A stretch of 64,000 bases of DNA. Source: Azolla caroliniana (Eukaryota; Plantae; Polypodiophyta). The stretch covers positions 21,204,001 to 21,268,000 of the forward strand of contig JBHGNT010000003.1 in the NCBI GenBank assembly GCA_043228905.1, in the 5' to 3' direction. The notes under the pieces are model-generated. The model did no database searches. It was not told the origin of the DNA and saw nothing but the letters and a program-made list of their open reading frames with translations. Shown here piece by piece: positions 54,801-64,000 of the stretch (its first letter is position 1; each line of letters opens with the position of its first letter). Position numbers and translations under genes: made by a program.

Positions 54801-57800
54801 TTATTTCGATCAACACAAAAGCTGTGATGCATTCATCGTATACTACAAAACGATGTCATATCTTGTACTTGTAACCACAAACTATTTCGGATCTTTATAG
54901 GTAGAACTAGAAGAAGCTGTAAAAGAGAAACAAGAAACTAGATGATTGTTGGTCGCATATTTGGATCACCTAATGAAGCACATTATCCTATGGTTAATGT
55001 TATGTTGCATTACTTTAAAGAAATTTGTGCCAAAAACAATTATCCTTTCTAGCTAGAAAACTATTTCTAGCTTATGTTAGACTAGGATTAAGATAACATA
55101 TGAAATATACATAGTATGAACACACACACACACACACACACACACGTGACAAACACATGTGAGTGCATGCATGCTTATACATTACATACATATGTATGTG
55201 ATTATCTTATTTAGCCCTTAGTCTCTTGAAAAGTATATGCCTATTCACATTTTGCTAGTTTTCTGAGTGATGCAGCTATGTCATGTTCACCGGACAATGG
55301 ATAAGACAAAAGAAAATTGGATATGGGTTACGATTATGAAATTATTTATATGATATAATTCGATCATTGAATTGTCACATCACAATCTATCGTTATACAA
55401 TCATAAACCCACTTATGAACCTTTCTAAAGTTCATGAATAACTTGGACTAAAGGTTGTTGGGGTCCATAATCTCGCCCAAGTGCCTAACACATTGATTAG
55501 TGTTTGAAGATATGGGGCAAGCTTATATATTTTCATATATTTTGATTTTCCATGAAACTTCAATCCTTACAATTGTTGTTTGTCCTTGCAACACTGTATC
55601 TTCATTTCCTTCACATCTAGATTTCAAGTTGTTTATATTATATACTGAGACAATGCATTGTTAACATGTTCACTTCGACAAGTATCATGTTTTTGTAAAA
55701 CTTGATTATTTGAAACATTTATAACTTATTTCTATCCTTTCATTAGGGAACCATTACATACCTTTCAACGTGCCATGGCATTGAATTTTCCTCCATTATT
55801 TATTAGAAAGAGTTCTTACTAAACAAGTTATTCAAGTCCTTTAGATTGTACATTATAATGATTTTAGTTGCACATTTATATCCAATGTGTGGAAAGCAGT
55901 ATGGTGCCTAATAACAACTCATCTATCCAACATAAAGGCTTCAGTTTGGTTTCTGTTACCTCAGTCTATGATTAGCACTTGGATTTTGAATCCCTAGGGT
56001 TACTCTACATATTAGTCCCTATACATCACCTAGGTAGTTTTCCCCTAGGAATACTCTATCGTGTCCGTGCATATGCTTAGTCCTTGTTTGATTTTGGATC
56101 ACATACCTTATAATGCCATCGTTTGAGCTTGGTAGTTGTGTATAAATAGGACACCAAGACTAAATGATCTAGGCTAGGGCCATTGTCCTGACAAAACGTA
56201 CCTTAGGAAGAAGAAAAATGTGCATAAATTGTCAAAAAGGCCCAAAGTGTGTGCACTATGTTTTCTACAAAACAAAATGGAAATCAATTGAAATGGAAAA
56301 TATACTTAGTGGAATGCACGCGTGTTTGTAGTTGTCTAGAGTGTTCAAGCCCCTTGGATGCAATATTAGAAATTTTAGTTTGACATCAAGCGCATAATAA
56401 AGCCTAGAGCCTTCTAAAACTTAGAGCCTTCTATGACATTCTATGGATATAGAATATTCCATGGATTTAATTATGCACGATAACAATTTGTCATCTCGTA
56501 AGATTCAAGAGGAATAGTATATTATTATGCATTCATGAGCCATTGGTGATAGAACAAACCTGATATCATCTCAGTTTTTTGGGGCTGTAGAAATAACCTT
56601 TCAAGTGCCCAAACCAAGCATAAAGTTTCTTCTCGCTTTTGTTTGTACAAATATGCAACCCATTAGCATTAGCAACTTTCTCCATATTCGTTTTGTTTGT
56701 TATTAAGTCTACAATTGTAACATATGTGATAGTTATCTTTCTTATTGGTTTTTTGTGAATGCCTAATATGTTGTTAGAAAGGGAACAACTAGTATGAAGA
56801 ATATTCTCAATCTCCACTCATATTCTTTGTATTTATTGGCCTAAGGAACACGAAAGGAACATTAAAGGACTTTAGGTTAATGAGGTGGCCTCTTGTACTC
56901 AACCTAACTTTTCATGGATTATTGTTCACCACATTTACGATTATGAATAGTCGTACAACCTAATATTTTATATAAAAGGTAGCGGTCAATGTTTCGACAT
57001 ATAGTTCTTTGTTGCGAGAAACAATGGCTTTGCAGGACAGGGATCATTACGAAAGAGGGTCAAGCCATCACTGTATGTATGGAAAAGGAACAAAAGAAAA
57101 TGTAATGAATAAGACAAGTCAAACGCATTCAATGCTTTCTTACCACTTTGGATCATGAACATACTGCATTTGCCTTTACATATCAACCAATGTCTACAAC
57201 AATTTATTCACATGAATGTGGATTTCTACGTTGTCTGTAAGGGATGTGTACTCTTACAATTGAAAAGTGCTTCACAGTATATAGGTGAAGAATGGCTTGC
57301 ATATGCATGTTCGTATTTCGCATCACATCGTCTTTACAATCACACACTCAAGCACATTATTACTTGTGAAGACATGGTGTGTTGCTACGATAACATGAGT
57401 AGATGGGATGGGTGACATGGTAACACAAATGGCCAACATTATTGGATCAATCGAATATACTGTATTAAGGAGGAATGCGACTCAAATAAAGAACAAGCAC
57501 AAGAAAGTTCAATAGTGTAGGAATGCGACTCAAATAAAGAACAAGCACGAGAAAGTTTAATAGCGTTAGTTGGTTTTGATTGTCTTGTAAAGAACAAGAA
57601 CGAGAAATTCCACCCAATCGGACATAAACAATAAAAGAATGTTGGCATTGGTTTGTTCGACATATACAAAGACCATTCAACAAATGAAAATGGATAGCGC
57701 ATTGGCTAAACAAGCCAATGGAGCACAAAAAAGAAGACATAAGAAAACAAAGCATCAGTAACGAAAAAGGAACCATCGGATCAGGTTTGCGAGTGTTAAT

Positions 57801-57820
57801 TGGATTTAACACGAATGCCT

Positions 57821-60133
57821 CTAACCGGTCCGTGGAGCTTGCGAGCCTTCGAAGGTCTCGCCAAATTTCCAATGACGAGGGGTTACCGAACGGGAAGAGA
57901 CGACGTTGCCATCACTCAAGGAGACCTACAACAAAAGAAAGAAGACAATCAAAGTATTACCCAAGGGGATTGGTAAAAGAGAGGTGTCTGGAAAAGAGAT
58001 CCAAGACATCTATCTATCCATCCATCAATCAACCTATGCATCCATCCATCCATCCATTTATGCATCTATCCATCCATCCATCTATGCATCCATCCATATA
58101 TCTATATCTATCTATCAACCTATCGATCGATCTATGATAGTGAAAATTACCTCGAAAGAGAGGGATTGACCTAGGAGGTGGGAGGGTTTGGAGAGGAACC
58201 AATTGGAGCCCCAAAGCCGGCTCATGGAATGCCACGTGCTACTCCCCTCGGCCCTCACCCGGACACCATCCACACCGCCCGCACCGCCCACGTTCGTCAA
58301 CAACACTACCATGGTCTCCATATCCCCGTTGATCGTAAACTTCATTCCCCCATGCCTCTCACACTGCACCCTGTCACAAAACCCCTTACATTATACACAT
58401 AAAGAGACACAACAACAACAACAACAAAAGCAAGAAAAACCCCTAAACACTAAATTATACACATAGAGAAACACACAAAGACAAGCAAAACCCCTAAACC
58501 CTACATTATACACATAGAGACACACACAAAGACAAGTAAAACCTTCAAGCAAAACCTCTAAACCCTAACTTATATACATAGAGACAAGCAAAACATCAAA
58601 ACCCTAAATTATACACATAGAGACACACACATAGAAACCTTTAAACCCTAACTTATACACATAGACACACACACACATACACACAAAGACAAGCAAAACC
58701 TCTAAACCCTAAATTATACACATTGAGACACACACACACAGAGACAAGCAAAACCTCTAAACCCTAAATTATACACATTGAGGCACACACGACAACAAGC
58801 AAAACCTCTAAACCCTAAATTATATACATAGAGACAAGCAAAACATCAAAACCCTAAATTATACACATAGAGACACATACGACGAGAATCAAAACCTTTA
58901 AACCCTAACTTATACACATAGAGAGAGAGACACACACACACACAGAAAAACAAGTAAAACCTCTAAACCCTAAATTATACACATTGAGAAACAAACAAAG
59001 ACAAGCAAAACCTCTAAACCCTAAATTACACACAGAGAGACACACACAAAAACAAGTAAAACCACTAAACCCTAAATCATACATATACAGACACACACAA
59101 AGACAAGCAAAACCTCCAAACCCTAAACCCTACAAGCCACTTCCTTCTATGTGGGTATCTATAGTTTATTAGAAGAAGAAGAGCAGATGGGAAGACATTT
59201 CCCTTCTTTACCTCCTGAAGAGAACAGGCAGGGCCTGGCCAGGTCTATTGAAGGCAGCCATCTGCAGAAATGCAGGCTCAGAGATGTCAAAATGCTTGAA
59301 AGGAAGGTCGCAGAAGGAAGAAATGGGGTCCTCCCCATTGCTGGGGCACAGGTTAGTCGCTGTTACGGTCACAGTCGAGTCCTGTAGACACCATTGCTTC
59401 AAGGATGATGAGGATCCAGCATGGCCATGGCCACCATCATCACATTTCATTTCATAGCACGCCCCACAGCTGCTGCTGTTGTTGAAGAGGGCACTGCTCA
59501 CAGCTGCTGTGTTGGGCCCATAGCCATAGCTGTACACATCCCCATACCCACAGGCACCGCCTGCATACATTACACTCATTCATCATACATCCATATCACA
59601 TTCATCATATGTCCATGTGGATCCATCCACCCATCCATCCATCCATCCATCATACATATACTAATGATTCGCACATACATTCATCCATACATATCTAATG
59701 GATTCTTCTTGTCATGAAACCGCACATCAGTACCATTTCAACTTAGATTGAGATTACAAAACCCACAGCATTTAATTTTCTCGCAAAAGCATAAGCCTCA
59801 ATACTACAAGTATCATGTTTTGAAAGTACCCTAAAGCATGTAAACCCTGACAATTACTTGTTAATGTAGCAGTAAAAAAGTACAGTTAAAGCAACTTAGG
59901 TGTCACATAGAGCTAAAAATATAAGTAATATACTTACCATTGATCGTGCTAGTGAAGTCTCCACCAAAGGCAGTTGCCTTGGCAGGAATCCATGGATTGT
60001 TATGATCAGTTTTCTCAGTAGTAGTAGTAGTAGCAGTAGTAGTACTAGTGGATTTTGCAAATGCCAAATGTATGAGAGGTACCGAATCAAACAAGAACGC
60101 GAGAAAAAATAAAGTGTTTAGAAATCCAACCAT
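57821..60133 (-). CDS. EXPA: Alpha-expansin (~289 aa); exons 60133-59938, 59560-59212, 58370-58151, 57925-57821
   Basis: Signal peptide; GGACGYG, TAAVSSALFN, CGACYEMKC, VTATNLCP, HFD, RVQC..GGMKFTING, TNVGGAG, MSRLWGSNW, WKFGETFEG. All junctions GT-AG and in phase; 870 nt total. Confidence 0.95.
58378..59130. repeat. Intronic minisatellite (~40-55-bp units, roughly 14 copies) containing AAACCCTAAA
   Basis: Unit approx. GACAAGCAAAACCTCTAAACCCTAAATTATACACATAGAGACACACAC fills expansin intron 2. Confidence 0.92.
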
Positions 60134-60536
60134 AGCTATGGAGATATACAAAAGAGAGGGGCAAATTGATAGTTTGAGAGAGAGAGAGAGAGACAGGGAA
60201 AGGGATCCTTATTGTACAAGTGCAAGAAACAGAGGTACAGGGTAGTAATAGAAGAAGAAGAAGAAGAAGAAGAGAACAGTGTAAGGGCAATTGTATTGAC
60301 TAAATAGAAGTACAAAACAGAAAAACAGGGAGGCGGGGATAGGGATCATAACTAAAACGAGTCCTCTGTTTTTAATTTTATCCGCGCCGATGAATTACCC
60401 ACCTACTCCTACATTTAGCCACTTACACACATGTATATGTATAACAGTATATGTATGTACATCCATATGTATACAGTATAATATATATGCATATGTATGT
60501 GTTTTATATTATGTCTCAATCTCAGATATCAGTGTA

Positions 60537-60573
<37 letters not shown>

Positions 60574-61883
60574 GTGTAGGTATACGTATATGTGGCAAAA
60601 CGATACCAGCTCCCAAGTATAACCCCTGCATTTTTCTTTATTTCTCGAAATGCCCCTACATTTTCTGTTTATATACCCCCCCCCCCCCCCCATGCATCAA
60701 ATTGCTAAATCACATATCCAAATTGTCGTAAATCCCAGGATTGCTCTTTAGGGTCATTGTCATGTTCCTCCACATTGATAAGTATTATTAAAGGCATTGT
60801 GATGAAGGCATGCAAGCTTTTATGCCTTTGTTTCATGCAAGTGATTGCTCTTATTCTTCATGGTCTTTGATAATTAAGTAGAATGTTTGCTAAAAACTAA
60901 GATTTCAGCTTTATATGCTTGATCCATCGGTTGTTAGTACTTGCACAAACCCACTAACAAGACATGGCAATCACAGCTAATGAGGCTATCTTTATGGAAG
61001 ACATGTCAATTTACTGCAAACCACAAAGCTCTCAATGCAAGAGCTAGTTCAAAACATCCATCACCACCTTGAAATAGGTGTTCTCCATAGGCTACCCAAG
61101 AAATCCATCATAAAAAACAAGAGCACAACGTTAATCAATACACACACAAAGAAAAAACTACAATAGAAGTTGATCAATAGTTTGCATGCACAGTAGTTTA
61201 CATGGATAAGATTGCTTCAGTTTGTGTTTACATGAATAAGATGGCTCAAACCGAACAGGATGATGCATGACTGGTCAATGAAACTGAACTTGGAGATATC
61301 ACATTCATTATTTCTCTATAGCTTCTATGGGGAAATGCCTTCTTTATACATGAGTTGGTTACAATGACTGCAAAACAAAAATATTGAATTGTTATACCAG
61401 GTATTTACTTCACATAACCAACCAAAATGTCTTCAATATTGGCTTGTCCATCAATCATTATCAACTAAATTTCATTGTCACGGCACAATTCTCTATCGCA
61501 ATTTGCAACACACTAGCATATCACATGGTTCCATACTGCATATTCTTAAGTCAATTAGACTCTCAGAAGTAGCGATTTAGAAGTTCTTCCTTGCTGTAGG
61601 CAAATTTCATGAGAGTATTGCCTCAACAACTTCAGTAATAACATCTTCCCATTTCAGATACTCAACTTGCATGCACTTTTATCCGTACAAATCGAATGGA
61701 GTATGTTTTGTTGTGGAAAATAACTATCAATATTTGTATTTCAAACATTTTTAACCTTGTTACAACATTTGGACACCATATTTTCTGTCCACATTGGAGG
61801 CTGGAGCCATATTGAAAAAAAGAATAAACATCTGACGCCATAAAAGCTATGGTTATGGTTACATGGTCTGCTTTTCTCCAAGG

Positions 61884-63510
61884 TTAAGAATGTGCAAATG
61901 TTTGCCTCTTGTTGAGTTGAGATGATTTGACATTTCCATGGTGTGATATGAGATCTTGAAGCTCTGCAATTACCGTGGTGTGACAAAAACCATATTGTTT
62001 CTAAAACATAGATAAACCACCCAACAAAAAGTCAAGGTTATGTCAAGTATAGCAAAAATCACTGAAGAGAAAGTCAATGAATGTCTTAAGAAATGAACAT
62101 GTACATATCAAAAACATTAAGCATCTTGTCTTTATAAGTATACAATCAACTGAAAAACATTCAAAACACAGGTCGAGGATATAAAAAATGTTCCAAAAAA
62201 CTGTTGAGGTCATGTATATGAAAAGCACTGAAGGAAATATTTAAGATTGTGTATACCAAAGACACAGGAGAAAAAGTCAAGGTCATACATATGAAAAACA
62301 ATGAAATCTAAAGATTGTCTTACCCTTGTTTGAACCATTCCGAAACGCTGCATCCTGAAGTTGCGGACTGTATTTTCAATATGTACAGCTGAAATATCAC
62401 CTTGAAGAATGCGTCGTAATGTGTGATCAATAACACAGTAAGTCCCTGTTCTTCCTATACCAGCACTGCAAAAATGGTACATGTAAGTCATTAGGGTAAA
62501 CCTAAATCTCTAAACGACCAACATATAAGGAACCAGATGATGTATGGAATTTCGGGTTACAACTTTCCGAGTTCTAAAACACATTAAATGGTGGAAAAAT
62601 GAGTTTGTGATGAGTTTCTAACGGCATAACCTGCCTTAACAAATAACTTGTAGCAAACACAGCTGAATCTACATGATTATTGATGACCCTTCGAAAGCAT
62701 CTTGCCTTCATGTTCCTTTGTAAGGTAAGATTCATCTTCTTTATCAATCAATAGGGGTGGCCAAAGATGGTCTTCTTAAGTGTAAAGACAAGTATTATTG
62801 GAGATAATATGGCATTAAAAATATCCCTGGGATTTTCATGTGGTTCCACATAACGAACCACCATGAACTAGGTGTGTGTCTCTGTATTCCCCAAGAAAAG
62901 GTTTGAAGATCGCATATTGCAAATAGGAAACTATGAAGAGAGTGCACATTACAAAATGAAGAATCCTTAGTAAAAATCTAATTTATTGGAAAAGCTTGGT
63001 GAGCTGAGTATGTGTGCATGCTGCTATACGATTCCTGCACAAATTATCAACCACCAAGAGTAGAAATGTAGATATTATATCAGGCATTTGGTGAATCACT
63101 TCTACTAACAGCATACTGAAGTCAATACAAATCCGTTTTTGGCAAGACATTGGTCCAAGCTACACCTGTGGCTTTCAGGAAAATGTAGCTGCCTATACTC
63201 ATATCAGAGAAGGTACCTAACATGGTGTGACTAGAAGGTACACAGTTTCAATGCAACATTAGCATTCATTATAGTACAAGGAATACCCTGAGCGCCTTCA
63301 ATAAACTACCCTGACAATGAAATAGCATAAATGAAAATAGAAAGTAGAAATTGAAACTTACCTGCAATGAACCACGAAAGGGCCAAAGTTGGAAGGCAAA
63401 TTGTGCAAAGTTCTAAACACAGCTCTTACAGATGTCGAGGATTCTGGAACACCATAATCAGGCCAATCCAAATGCAAATGCAGAACAGGAACTGGCGTAG
63501 AGTCTTCTCT
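61884..63510 (-). CDS. PTP1: Classical protein tyrosine phosphatase (PTP1-like), last three exons 63510-63362, 62465-62324, 62000-61884; 5' exons beyond the window
   Basis: WPD loop (DWPDYGVP), P-loop VHCS|AGIGRTG split by an intron, Q-loop QRFGMVQTR|KQYGFCH, stop TAA at 61884-61886. Confidence 0.93.
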
Positions 63511-64000
63511 CTATGCAAACATATGTAATGAAGAAAATCAAAAGAACATTCAAACAATTGGCAGTATTCAAGATAAAAAATGAACACCAACTATTATTAT
63601 TGCGCCTTTATTTGTAACATTCTATCCTATTGATACCATAATCACCCTTGTTTGACACCCATGGTGCTCATAAATTTTCCAGAAAATCCCTCCTCTAATA
63701 TCAACTTCCATTTACCTTGTGGTATAAGCAAGCCATTGATTTGCCATACAGCAACCATTCTGCCTACATTCTCTCGTGTGAATGCTTATGGTTATATCCA
63801 ACTCACTCTATAGATTGCTCAATGTGATTTCAGTGCATTCACTAATTTCATATCCTCAGACACTGTCAAGCAGTCTTGCTATACACGAATATAACTGCAA
63901 AAATCTAGATGTACAGCCGGCTTTCTTTTCTTTTCTTCTAGTGTCTTCACCCAAATTCCAGCATATGCTGGGGTAGTCTCTGTTCTTCAAGAATTATGTA

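Noticed and set aside
63716-64000. Additional PTP exon at the window end
   Set aside because: A donor-like site exists at 63715, but the minus-strand translation shows no PTP motifs; treated as intron.

Overview
Plant nuclear DNA. The GID1 residue pattern, TE content and microsatellite-rich introns suggest a fern or other non-seed vascular plant, but this is inference only. The left 15 kb is a nested retrotransposon pile: a LINE, a chromovirus-type Ty3/gypsy, four solo-LTR-like copies of one family with 54-bp repeat arrays, a truncated second gypsy-like element and an RT-less Ty1/copia. A second nest (copia > two solo LTRs > hAT transposon) lies at 32.8-43.8 kb. Host genes are a 2-exon GID1 gibberellin receptor, a 4-exon RPS23/uS12, a 2-exon EPF/EPFL-like secreted peptide, a 4-exon alpha-expansin and the 3' exons of a protein tyrosine phosphatase. 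The most unusual signals are: (i) correctly spaced tRNA-type Pol III A/B-box cassettes lying antisense in the U3 of two unrelated LTR families, and again in a tandem repeat; (ii) a CCGG-rich 54-bp module shared between two LTR families; (iii) a perfect 41-bp fold-back made of copia LTR ends; (iv) two independent insertions at ACGT with 4-bp TSDs. All coordinates were read by eye and no searches were run.
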